DNA from: Candidatus Latescibacterota bacterium
GTDB lineage: Bacteria; Latescibacterota; UBA2968; UBA8231
Reading direction: 5' to 3'
Assembly: GCA_965208105.1 (NCBI GenBank)
Contig: OZ242318.1
Span: 4,768,001-4,832,000, forward strand
DNA: 64,000 nucleotides
This document shows positions 40,648-49,726 of this stretch, one piece after another; positions within the stretch are counted from its first letter, which is position 1, and each line of letters opens with the position of its first letter. Below the pieces are notes generated by a model. It had not been told where the DNA came from and did not search any database. It saw nothing but the letters and a program-made list of their open reading frames with translations. A program made the position numbers and the translations under genes.

Positions 40648-40814
40648 CTAGTGCCTGCTTGCGCAATTCCGCGTGAATTCGGCCGCCGCTGCATCCCGGC
40701 TCGCGGCGTTGCCCTCCCTCGCCGTACACTCCAGGTACGACTCGCTCAGGCGCCTTGCGAGCCGGGCGCTTCTGCGCCCTCGTTCGTACGCTTACTTACG
40801 CAAGCAGGCACTAG
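40648..40814. mobile_element. CTAG-bounded hairpin/MITE-like element, copy 3 (165 bp TA to TA)
   Basis: 16-bp perfect TIR CTAGTGCCTGCTTGCG / CGCAAGCAGGCACTAG. Core is the reverse complement of copy 2 (71/78 nt). Lies between convergent genes. Confidence 0.88.
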
Positions 40815-40848
40815 AAATCCCTGGCGCCCGCGGAAAAGTTCCTGCGGC

Positions 40849-42279
40849 TCAGCCCTCCAGTTGCCTCCTCAGCAACTCTTCCACAAGGCGGGGGTTGGCC
40901 TTGCCGCGGGTGGCCCTCATGACCTGTCCCATCAGGAATTTTACCGGCTTGTCATTGCCGCCCCTGATCTTTTCCACGGCGTCGGGATTTTCTTCCATGG
41001 TCCTGACCAGGACCGCCTCGAGCTCCGCAGCGTCGGAAATCTGCCGCAGGCCGCGCGCAGCCACGATTTCGGCCACCTTGCCTCCCTCTTCCCACAGCAC
41101 CGCGAATATCTCCTTGGCCGCGTTCTGGTTGATCGTGCCTTCTTTCACCAGGGCGAGCAGCTCCACCAGGGCCTCGGGATCTACCCGGATGTCCGGCGCT
41201 TCGGCGCCAACCTCCTTGAGCCGGCGAAAGACCTCGCCGGAGACCCAGTTGCTGACTTGCTTGGGATCGGCATTGCCGATACCCGCGCAGTCCTCGAAGT
41301 AGTCTGCGATGTTGCGGTCCTCGACCAGAAGGCCGGTGTCCCGGGCGTTGAGGCCGTAGTCGGCGGCAAAGCGGACTGCCTTTGCAGCGGGCAACTCGGG
41401 CAGCTGCCGCCGCAGCCTGGCGAGCCTTTCTTCTTCGATTTCGAGATTGAGGAGGTCGGGTTCGGGAAAATAGCGGTAGTCCTCGGAGGTCTCCTTGCTG
41501 CGTTGTTCCCGGGTGATGGAGGCGTCTTCGTCCCACCCCATGGTGACCTGGATCACGGTGCCGCCGCCATCGAGGATGCGGGTCTGGCGCTGGACTTCAT
41601 AGGCAATGGCGTTGCGCACCGAGCGGAACGAGTTGAGGTTCTTGACCTCGACCTTGGTGCCGTAGGCACTGGATCCCGCGGGTCGCACCGAGATGTTGGC
41701 CTCGCAGCGCATGGCCCCTTTTTCCATGTCGCCGCTCGAAACCCCCAGATAGCGTGCCATCTGCCGAATCCTCTGCAGGAAATCGCAGGCCTCCGCCGCC
41801 GAGCGCAAGGAGGAGTCGGACACGATCTCCATGAGCGGAACCCCGGCGCGGTTGTAGTCCACCAGGCTGGCGTTGCCCTCGTGCACCAGCTTGCCGGTGT
41901 CCTCTTCGAGATGGACGCGGACAATCCCGATTTGCTTTTCGCCTTCAGTGGCCTCGACGGCAACCCATCCCTCGACGCAGAGGGGTTCTTCATACTGGGA
42001 GATCTGGTAGCCCTTGGGCAGGTCGGGGTAGACGTAGTTCTTGCGCGCGAAGACACTGCGGGGACGGATCTCGCAGTTCAGGGCCATGCCGGCCATCAAC
42101 GTCAACTCCACCGCGCGCTCGTTGATCACCGGCAGTGAGCCGGGTTGGGCGGTACACACCGGGCAGATATTGCGGTTGGGAGGTACCTGGAAATGGGCGG
42201 CAGAGCAGGCACAGAACATCTTCGAGGCCGTTTCCAATTCCAGGTGGACTTCCATGCCGATAACGGGTTCGTAGGGCAC
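40849..42279 (-). CDS. gatB: Asp-tRNA(Asn)/Glu-tRNA(Gln) amidotransferase subunit B
   Basis: 'YEPVIGMEVH', 'SKMFC', 'RKNYVYPDLPKGYQISQ', 'HLEEDTGK', 'NRAGVPLMEIV', 'DYRYFPEPDL'. Start is GTG 42279 (GAGG SD) or TTG 42306. Confidence 0.97.
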   Translation of the reverse strand: MPYEPVIGMEVHLELETASKMFCACSAAHFQVPPNRNICPVCTAQPGSLPVINERAVELTLMAGMALNCEIRPRSVFARKNYVYPDLPKGYQISQYEEPLCVEGWVAVEATEGEKQIGIVRVHLEEDTGKLVHEGNASLVDYNRAGVPLMEIVSDSSLRSAAEACDFLQRIRQMARYLGVSSGDMEKGAMRCEANISVRPAGSSAYGTKVEVKNLNSFRSVRNAIAYEVQRQTRILDGGGTVIQVTMGWDEDASITREQRSKETSEDYRYFPEPDLLNLEIEEERLARLRRQLPELPAAKAVRFAADYGLNARDTGLLVEDRNIADYFEDCAGIGNADPKQVSNWVSGEVFRRLKEVGAEAPDIRVDPEALVELLALVKEGTINQNAAKEIFAVLWEEGGKVAEIVAARGLRQISDAAELEAVLVRTMEENPDAVEKIRGGNDKPVKFLMGQVMRATRGKANPRLVEELLRRQLEG

Positions 42280-42302
42280 GCCGGATTCCTCAGAATGGTG
42301 TT

Positions 42303-44186
42303 TCAAGCAAAAATCACGTGTCGCTTCAGGAACTCCTCCACCGCATCGTAGTAGGCCTCTATCGTCTCGGGCCGGCCCCAGCCGTGGCCTTCACCCTCGA
42401 AGACGTGGTAGGCGTGCGGAATGTTTCTGCTGCGCAGGATCTCGACGATCTGCCCGGCTTGTTCCAGGGGTACTACCCGGTCCTCGCTGCCGTGAAAGAT
42501 GGCGATGGGGTCCTGCAGCTTCTCCGCTGAGAACAGGGGCGATCGCTCGCGGTATACCCGCCCGGTCTCGGGCAGAGGGCCGAGGAGCGAATCCAGGTAG
42601 TGTGCTTCGAATTTGTGGGTGTCCGCTGCAAGGGCGAGGAGGTTGGAGATGCCGTATGAGCAGATGGCGGCGCGGAAAAATCCCGGTCTTGTGGTCAGAG
42701 CGCGCAAAACGGTGAAGCCACCGGCGCTGCCACCCATTATGACCAGCCGGTCGCCGTCCGCCCGGCCGGAGTCCACGAGGAATCGGGCGCCGCTTACGGC
42801 GTCCTCGACATCGTGGATTCCCCAGTTGCCGCGCAGGGCCAGGGCGTAATTGCGGCCATATCCCGTGCTGCCGCGGTAGTTGACGTCGAGGACGGCATAG
42901 CCCCGGGTAGCGAAGAACTGATTGCAAGGGTCGAACCCTGCGTCGGCCTGGCCTGTCGGTCCTCCATGAACCATCACGATGGCGGGGGGTCGTCCCCGGC
43001 TTCTGCATCCGGTGCTGGTCGGCGGATAGTATATTCCGTGCACTTCGATGCCTTCGGCATCCCGCCATGAAATGGCCTGGGGCTGGGCAAGTTGGGCGGC
43101 GTCCACCGTTTCTCCGCTGGAGCGGGCGTGAATCCGCACCTCGCCGCCGCGGCAACTCACGACGCGGGGCGGCACTCGACTCGACGATGCGATACAGGCC
43201 AGAGTTCCTCCCCTGGGAGCCGCGGTTATCTGTTCGATCCTGGTGTAAGAGGCGAGTTCTGCAACCGGAGAGACGCGGCGGCCGGACAGGTCGCAGCAGA
43301 AGGCCCGGCGGATTCCCGACTCGCTGCGGGTGAAGTAGAGACAGCGGCCATCTGCGCCGAAGCAGAAGACCCGCATGCCCTGTTGCCAGGCGGGGAGGGC
43401 GATGTCCGACTCGCCGGCGGTCAGACGGGAATGGGTGCGGCTGCGCAGGTCGAACAGCCACAGGTTGCTCCAGCCGTCCCGGTCCGAGACATAGGCCAGG
43501 GTGCGCCCGTCCGGTGAGAACTGGGGTTGGAAGTGCGCGGTCTCCGCATCTCCGGCGAGGACGGTGGCCTCGGTCAAGCGGGGAAGTCCGTGCCGGCTTG
43601 TGCGCATCCTGCCCAGCATCAGCCGGGTGCCGTCCCAGGGCATCTGGGGGTGATTCCATTCGATCCAGGCCAGCAGGCGGCCCCGGGGATGCCAGGTGGG
43701 TTGCATGTAGAAGTCGGATCCCTCGACCAGTCGCTGGGGCCAGAGTTTGCCGGCGCTGTCGACGATGGCGAGGCAGTCCAGGTCGCCGTCCGAGTGGACG
43801 TAGACGATCCAGTGGCCGTCCCGGGAAACGGCCGGCGCGGCGGCAAGGCCGAAGGAGGGGGTCAGAGGCCGGGCAGGTCCGGCCTCCAGACCCTGGCGGT
43901 AGAGGATGCCGTTGCGTTCGGCAAAGAATACCCGGCCTCGAGAAACGGTGAAGTCGCCGCCTCCGTATCCCACCTGGGCGCGGACCGAAAGGGCGTTGTC
44001 GAGGACGCGGGGAGCCTGGTGGCCGCGCTGGCAGACCAGCACCCCGTCGCTGCCGCGTCTCTCGAGCCAGACGAGGGTCTGCCCGTCCACGTCCCAGGCC
44101 ACCTCCTTCAGGCTGGTGATCCGGGCGAGATCGGAGCTCTGGATGGGACTGTCCCATAGTCCGAACGGACGGGTCTGCAGGGTCAA
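42303..44186 (-). CDS. S9 family peptidase (prolyl oligopeptidase/acylaminoacyl-peptidase-like)
   Basis: Beta-propeller plus 'HGGPT', 'VNYRGSTGYG', 'GGSAGG', 'DRVV', 'GEGHG'. Confidence 0.93.
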   Translation of the reverse strand: MTLQTRPFGLWDSPIQSSDLARITSLKEVAWDVDGQTLVWLERRGSDGVLVCQRGHQAPRVLDNALSVRAQVGYGGGDFTVSRGRVFFAERNGILYRQGLEAGPARPLTPSFGLAAAPAVSRDGHWIVYVHSDGDLDCLAIVDSAGKLWPQRLVEGSDFYMQPTWHPRGRLLAWIEWNHPQMPWDGTRLMLGRMRTSRHGLPRLTEATVLAGDAETAHFQPQFSPDGRTLAYVSDRDGWSNLWLFDLRSRTHSRLTAGESDIALPAWQQGMRVFCFGADGRCLYFTRSESGIRRAFCCDLSGRRVSPVAELASYTRIEQITAAPRGGTLACIASSSRVPPRVVSCRGGEVRIHARSSGETVDAAQLAQPQAISWRDAEGIEVHGIYYPPTSTGCRSRGRPPAIVMVHGGPTGQADAGFDPCNQFFATRGYAVLDVNYRGSTGYGRNYALALRGNWGIHDVEDAVSGARFLVDSGRADGDRLVIMGGSAGGFTVLRALTTRPGFFRAAICSYGISNLLALAADTHKFEAHYLDSLLGPLPETGRVYRERSPLFSAEKLQDPIAIFHGSEDRVVPLEQAGQIVEILRSRNIPHAYHVFEGEGHGWGRPETIEAYYDAVEEFLKRHVIFA

Positions 44187-45118
44187 GCAGAAATTCTCCC
44201 GCTAGCGGCCAGGGTCCAGGCCTGGTCCAGATAGCGAATGGAATCTTCTATGACTTCCAGGGAGGTCTCTCCGCCGCAAGGTTTGACCTCGAAGGACAGG
44301 GGCTTCCTGCCGTGGTCGAAGAACCCCACCCGCGCCAGGGTCCGCAGGAACTCGACCAGTTCCTCCAGGCCGTTTTCCCCCTCGGGGATTCCAAAGCGGG
44401 GATGGTTGTCGCCGTAGGCTTCGTGCTGCGGATGGCGAACGACGCAGTTGCCGACATGGGCGTGGACCAGAAATTCTTCGAGGACGCTCAGGCAATGATC
44501 GGGAGTTTCGTTCAGGATGGTCATGTGAGCCTGGTCCACGAGAATGCCGAAGGAGGGGTGTTCGGCTCTGACCGCGCGCGCCAGTTCGGCTACTTCTTCG
44601 CTGGGTCCCACCAGGCAATTCTTGGCAAAATCGGAGCGGTCGAATGGCTCCAGCAGGATGGGCATTTCCCCCTTGGAGGCGGAGTAGGCGCACAGCTCCT
44701 TCAGCGATTCGGCAAATCGGACCCGGGCGGCCCTGCGCTCTGCCTCCCCTGGATCCGGTCCGGAGAGCAGAGCCAGGCCGCGGGCGTTCCACTGGTAGGC
44801 CTCGTCGATGTCAATTTTCAGAGCATCCACCCCCATTTGCCTCGTAGCGGCGTCGGGATGATGGAGGTTGAGCTTGTTGTTGAGGATGTTGGGGTGGGCG
44901 CCGAAGGCCACGGATTTATCGTTTTGCGCGATCATCTCCTGGCAACGCAGGCGTACCCGGGGGTCCTCTATGTGGGTGATTTCAAGGAGTTGGAAGTAGT
45001 CGTGTGCAGCCATGGCCGCAAGACTCTCCTCCACCGGACCTGTTCCCGCACCAAGGGCGGGGAAAGCCATGAAGGTCACGATGCCGATGTCCGCCCTTTC
45101 CTGAATTCTTCCGTCCAT
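44183..45118 (-). CDS. Sugar phosphate isomerase/epimerase (xylose isomerase-like TIM barrel)
   Basis: 'ILLEPFD', 'VDQAH', 'HAHVGN', 'SFEVKP'. Confidence 0.8.
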   Translation of the reverse strand: MDGRIQERADIGIVTFMAFPALGAGTGPVEESLAAMAAHDYFQLLEITHIEDPRVRLRCQEMIAQNDKSVAFGAHPNILNNKLNLHHPDAATRQMGVDALKIDIDEAYQWNARGLALLSGPDPGEAERRAARVRFAESLKELCAYSASKGEMPILLEPFDRSDFAKNCLVGPSEEVAELARAVRAEHPSFGILVDQAHMTILNETPDHCLSVLEEFLVHAHVGNCVVRHPQHEAYGDNHPRFGIPEGENGLEELVEFLRTLARVGFFDHGRKPLSFEVKPCGGETSLEVIEDSIRYLDQAWTLAASGRISA

Positions 45119-45258
45119 TCCTCACCTCCCGTGGTTGCCGGTGAATTCAAATATGGACAAATGTCCACGTGATTTCAAGAAGTGTGCCCGCCCGGGACGG
45201 CCCCCCGTGGATTTGCCCCAACATCCGGTTATTGGTACACTTGGCACGGAGGCCGGAT

Positions 45259-45891
45259 ATGGGAACGAGGAATCCAGAAGCGAGCGTCGATCCCCAGTGG
45301 GGCAACCTGTTCCGCCATCAGATCACCCACGAGGAGTCCCTGCTCGACAGTCTTCGACGCGTACCCTTCTTCAGCCTGCTCGACGATGAAGAGTTGGCCC
45401 TGCTGGGGCGATTGGTTTACATCCGCCGCTTCGAGGCGGGTGAGACCGTTGTTCGGAGCGGAGTCGAGCAATCCGGTTGTTATCTGATCCGCTATGGATC
45501 TGTGGACATGGTAGGTTATGGGTCCGACGGGGAGAGGGATGTCGTGGGCACCCTGGGGGCGAACGAGCTTCTGGGGGAGTTCGCTCTCCTGGACGGCACT
45601 CCCCTCGGTCTGTCCCTGGTGGCGGCCGAACCCAGCGAGCTGGTCGGTTTCTTCAGGCTGGATCTGATGAAAATCCTCAAAACCCATCCTTCCATGGGGT
45701 GCAAAATACTCCTGCGCCTGACGGAGGACATGGCCGAAAGGATGCAGTCGGATTACGCCGAGTTGCGCGCCCTGGGCTACAGCTTTCTCGAAGAGCCTCC
45801 CAAATCCTTCCGACAGGCCAACCCGACCCCTGTCAAGGGGACGCCGGAGAAATTGCCTTTCCTCGCCCGCCTGTTCAGAGGGAAAATTTGA
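45259..45891 (+). CDS. Stand-alone cyclic nucleotide-binding domain protein
   Basis: 'LRRVPFFSLL..EEL', 'FEAGETVV..G', 'YLIRYGSV', 'LGEFALLDG'. No HTH seen. Confidence 0.85.
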   Translation: MGTRNPEASVDPQWGNLFRHQITHEESLLDSLRRVPFFSLLDDEELALLGRLVYIRRFEAGETVVRSGVEQSGCYLIRYGSVDMVGYGSDGERDVVGTLGANELLGEFALLDGTPLGLSLVAAEPSELVGFFRLDLMKILKTHPSMGCKILLRLTEDMAERMQSDYAELRALGYSFLEEPPKSFRQANPTPVKGTPEKLPFLARLFRGKI

Positions 45892-46043
45892 CCCTCCCTG
45901 CCCCGTGACCCCATTTCACCGCTGGAGGTCGCCGCGGCCTGGACGGATCGAGGGCCGCAGGTGGATTCCTGGTTCGGCTCGAAGAGATGCGGCAGGCGCT
46001 CCGCAAAGGCTGCCTGGTCCGAACCTTCCCCGCCGGGGGCATC

Positions 46044-46874
46044 TCAACCCCTCGCAGCCAGCGTAGTTTCCACTCCTTTGAGGTAGGCCAGGCTTCCCGC
46101 CGCAATGGTGCGCGGGTCCGGGGAAAAGTCGAAGACCTCTACCGAGATATAGCGATCGTAGTTCAGCTCTCTCAAGGCGCCGAGGATGTCGACGAAATCG
46201 GTTTGGCCGAAACCTGGACCCCGTTTGTTGGCGTCGTTGACGTGGACGTGATAGAGATGGGGGGCGGTGTCCTGCAGAAGGCGGGAAACGGGGAGGTCCT
46301 CGGTTGAGCCGCTGCACACATCCACCATGGTCTGGAAGTGTGGATTGTCGATCTCGGCAACCATCTTGCAGGCCTCCGCAGCCGTGGTGATGAAGTTGGT
46401 CTGGTCTTTGCTCAAAGGCTCGATGCAGAGATAGACGCCGCAGGCTTCGGCCAGGGGAAGGCAGTCTTCGTAGACTCGGCGGGTCCTCTCCCAGGTTTCG
46501 CGATAGCCCCAGCCTTCCTGCACGGTGCGCTGTTTGGGAGAGCCGATGATCATTACCTTGCCTCCCAGGTCCCCGCAGCATCGTATAAGCGATTTGAAAT
46601 AGTCCCTGGTCCTGTGGCGCAGGTCGTCGTCTGGATGATTGGTATAGAGGCCTTCCGGGCTTATGAGGAGCCAGTGAAGGCCGATGATCTCCACTCCGGC
46701 GGTCTCCGCGGCCTGGCGGATTTGCCGGCGGCGCCCCGCTCCAATGTCATCGACCGAGTAGGCCAGCGTATAGGGAGCGATCTCGACTCCATCGTATCCG
46801 ATGGAGGCGGCATAGTCGAAGATTTCTTCGATTGGCCAGCCTTCGAAGTACTCGTTGCAGGTGCCGAATTTCAT
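46044..46874 (-). CDS. Sugar phosphate isomerase/epimerase (D-psicose/tagatose 3-epimerase-like)
   Basis: 'GYDGVEIAP', 'CIEPL', 'MVD', 'HVHVND', 'GPGFG', 'SVEVF'. Confidence 0.85.
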   Translation of the reverse strand: MKFGTCNEYFEGWPIEEIFDYAASIGYDGVEIAPYTLAYSVDDIGAGRRRQIRQAAETAGVEIIGLHWLLISPEGLYTNHPDDDLRHRTRDYFKSLIRCCGDLGGKVMIIGSPKQRTVQEGWGYRETWERTRRVYEDCLPLAEACGVYLCIEPLSKDQTNFITTAAEACKMVAEIDNPHFQTMVDVCSGSTEDLPVSRLLQDTAPHLYHVHVNDANKRGPGFGQTDFVDILGALRELNYDRYISVEVFDFSPDPRTIAAGSLAYLKGVETTLAARG

Positions 46875-47063
46875 GGCCTCTCTTTTCCTTTGATAGTTTG
46901 GAAACCTGATAAGATAGCCCATGATGAACCCTGTTCAAGTCTTCCACGGCAATTGTAGTCCTGGGGGAATGCGTGTGTGGGATTTGAAACATTGTCCCTG
47001 GAACTACCGCGGGAGATGCGGCCTGGTATGCATATTGCCTCTCTTTCAGCGGGAGGAAGTGGA

Positions 47064-48632
47064 ATGCGGACCTGGTGCATTGCCCCGGTGCTTTTGCTTC
47101 TGTCCGCCGCCGACGGATCGGAGGACCCGCCGCCGTTTCTCGAGGGGGAGGAAACGGGGGCTCTGGAGAGCAGTCTGGCCGACCGTCCCCGCCAACGGTG
47201 GCTGGCACTGCGCTGGCGCCTGCAGGGATCATCCCTGCGGCCGCGGCAAACCCGCATCTATCAGCGCTTCGAGTGGCGATGGGGCCCGGGGCGGGAGGCC
47301 TACCTTATCGCCGAAAAAGATCCGGGTGAATCCCGGTTGGCAGACTTCCTCGCTTTCTACATGCGCTGGAAGAGCTCCGGGCGACCGCTGGAGTTCGTCG
47401 TTGGGAACCTGCGTCCCGGATTTGCAAGAGGTGTGGTATTCGGCCGCGCCCAGGTCCGTGGAGGCATTCCATCTCTCCGTCTGGGAGGTGACAGCGAGCG
47501 GATCGGCCATCGTTCCAGCGCCGAGAATCCGGGCTTGCGCGGATTGGCGGTGCGCTATCGCGGCAAAAAATTTGCCGCAGTCGTTCTGGGCGGCCGGATG
47601 CGGCTCGACGCCCGCGAGGACGAGAAGGGCCGGGTAATCTCCCTGCCGGAGACCGGATTGCATATAACGGCGCGGGAGCGCGAAGGAAGGGCCCTGCTGG
47701 GCGGCCGCCTTCTCGGGGTTCGACTGGGCTGTCAGGGAGGTCGGGGCGAGGTTGGCATGGTGATGCAGGCTCTGAGCTTCGAACGTTTCCTGGACCTGCG
47801 GCGCCCCAGGAGAATGCCGTGGGCATTCCAGGGAAGAGTTCAGCAGGTGTGGGCGCTGGATGCGCGGATAACCGCCGGCCCCGGGAGCGGCGTTGTTGAA
47901 ATTGCCAGAGACCGGAAGGGCCATTGGGGCCTGCTCGCCGCGATTCGATCGGGGAGGAGGCAGGTCCGGACAAGTGTTCTGCTGCGCTACTACGCTCCCG
48001 GTTTCCACAGCTTCTACGGAGGGTCATCGAGTGCGGCGGATATGCGCAACGAACAGGGATATCAGTTGACCTTGGCCGGAAGAGTGAGATTCTGGCGATG
48101 GCGCCTCTACCTGGACCAGTTCAGGCGGCCGCAGCCGGGTTATTTCAGTCCCCTACCCCAGGTGGGTGAGGTGTGGGGTATGGAGCTTGGCAGCCGGCTG
48201 CGGCGCGGCTGGAAGTGGCGCGCCGCTTACCAGCAGCGCCTGCGGCCGCCGTCACAGTCTCCCGGCCGGCGCGCCAGGATGGACCTGGAGAAGGGGACCC
48301 GGCTGCGCCTGCGGCTGGAAAGCCGCTGGTTGAGCGGCGGCGGGGAGCGGGGAGATATGGCCTCGGTGCGCTGGAGGGAAAGGTGGAAGAGTTGGAGTTG
48401 CGTCTTCCATTTCAGCCGGTTTTCCACCCCATCCTACGGGACCCGTATTTATGAGTTCGAGTACGACCTCCCCGGAGCAGTGAGCATCAGGCCGCTCTAC
48501 GGATCCGGCTGGAGGTTCTATGCCGTGTTGGGCGTGGAGCGGAGCGGGCTGCGCCTGGCCGGGCGCTACCGCTTGCAGCGCGATGCCGGGGCGCGGCACT
48601 ACGCTGGCTTGCAATTCGATGTGAATCTGTGA
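47064..48632 (+). CDS. Putative outer-membrane beta-barrel protein resembling the C-terminal region of FCB-group ComEA/HhH-associated proteins
   Basis: Signal peptide; 'AEKDPGE', 'VVGNL..GFARGV', 'RNEQG', 'YGTRIYEFEYDL.....PLYG.G.RFY'; alternating amphipathic strands. Confidence 0.6.
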   Translation: MRTWCIAPVLLLLSAADGSEDPPPFLEGEETGALESSLADRPRQRWLALRWRLQGSSLRPRQTRIYQRFEWRWGPGREAYLIAEKDPGESRLADFLAFYMRWKSSGRPLEFVVGNLRPGFARGVVFGRAQVRGGIPSLRLGGDSERIGHRSSAENPGLRGLAVRYRGKKFAAVVLGGRMRLDAREDEKGRVISLPETGLHITAREREGRALLGGRLLGVRLGCQGGRGEVGMVMQALSFERFLDLRRPRRMPWAFQGRVQQVWALDARITAGPGSGVVEIARDRKGHWGLLAAIRSGRRQVRTSVLLRYYAPGFHSFYGGSSSAADMRNEQGYQLTLAGRVRFWRWRLYLDQFRRPQPGYFSPLPQVGEVWGMELGSRLRRGWKWRAAYQQRLRPPSQSPGRRARMDLEKGTRLRLRLESRWLSGGGERGDMASVRWRERWKSWSCVFHFSRFSTPSYGTRIYEFEYDLPGAVSIRPLYGSGWRFYAVLGVERSGLRLAGRYRLQRDAGARHYAGLQFDVNL

Positions 48633-48677
48633 TGACGATGCAGGTTCTGTCGGTTCCCAGGGGCGGGTGGATTCACG

Positions 48678-49700
48678 TCACGGCGTGGGCGCGTCCTGGC
48701 GCAGCAGGCCCTCGGCCTTCAGTTCCGCCCAGAGATCCGCCGGGATCGGACGCCGGAACCGCGCTCTGTTTTCGCGGACCTGTTCCGCTGCGAAGGCGCC
48801 GGGAATCACGGTGGCAACAATGGGATGGGCGAGCGGGAACTGCATGGCTGCAGCGGCCATGGGCGTGTCATGGCGCCGGCACACCGCTTCGATGCCCCTG
48901 GTCTTTTCCAGGATTTTCCCAGGCGCCGGGGCGTAGGCGTAGGTGGATCCCTTCACAGGACCTGTTGCCAGGATTCCCGAGGCGAATACCGCTCCGACGA
49001 CCACCCCGACGCCGCGCTCGGCGCAACGCGGAAATTCCTGGTCGAGGACCTCCTGGTCGAGGAGGGTGTAGGGCAGAGCGACGAGGAAGAAGTCCAGGTC
49101 CACCACGTCGAGAAAGCGGGGCATCATGCCCAGTTCGTTAATGCCCGCCCCAACCCCCTTGATATCCCCGCTGGAGCGCAACTGCTCGAGGGCGCGCCAA
49201 CCGCTGGTTGACAGTTGCCCGAGGTAGGCGTTGACCAGGGCCTCGGTCTTGTGGAACCAGAAGTCGAGGTCGTGGATGACCAGCAGATCGACGGAAGGGA
49301 GTCCAAGCCGCTGCAGGCTGTCTTCAAAGGATCGCATGATGCCGTCGTAGCTGTAGTCGAATTCCAGGTCGAAGGGAAGGCCTCCCGCCCAGAACCCCGG
49401 GTCAAAGGAATCGAGATTCGATGTGGGTTTGAGGACGCGGCCGACCTTGGTGGAAATGGTGTATTCGCGGCGCGGCTGCTGGCGGAGGAAATGCCCGACG
49501 CGGTGTTCGCTCTTTCCGTAGCCATAGAACGGGGCAGTGTCGAAATAACGGATGCCGGCCTCCCAAGCGGCCTGCAGAACCATTTGGGCCTGCTCCTCGC
49601 TGATAACTTCGAAGTGGTCGCCCAGGGGGGCGCCGCCGAGCCCCATGCTGGTCACGACGGCGTCGGATTTTCCAATCTTCCGGGTTGCAATATCCTGCAT
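48678..49700 (-). CDS. Aldo/keto reductase (aldose/pyridoxal dehydrogenase-like)
   Basis: 'GLGGAPLG', 'YFDTAPFYGYGKSE', 'STKVGR', 'DSLQRLG..VDLLVIHD'. Confidence 0.9.
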   Translation of the reverse strand: MQDIATRKIGKSDAVVTSMGLGGAPLGDHFEVISEEQAQMVLQAAWEAGIRYFDTAPFYGYGKSEHRVGHFLRQQPRREYTISTKVGRVLKPTSNLDSFDPGFWAGGLPFDLEFDYSYDGIMRSFEDSLQRLGLPSVDLLVIHDLDFWFHKTEALVNAYLGQLSTSGWRALEQLRSSGDIKGVGAGINELGMMPRFLDVVDLDFFLVALPYTLLDQEVLDQEFPRCAERGVGVVVGAVFASGILATGPVKGSTYAYAPAPGKILEKTRGIEAVCRRHDTPMAAAAMQFPLAHPIVATVIPGAFAAEQVRENRARFRRPIPADLWAELKAEGLLRQDAPTP

Positions 49701-49726
49701 TGGTGCGTCCTCCTTTCCGGGCGGAA

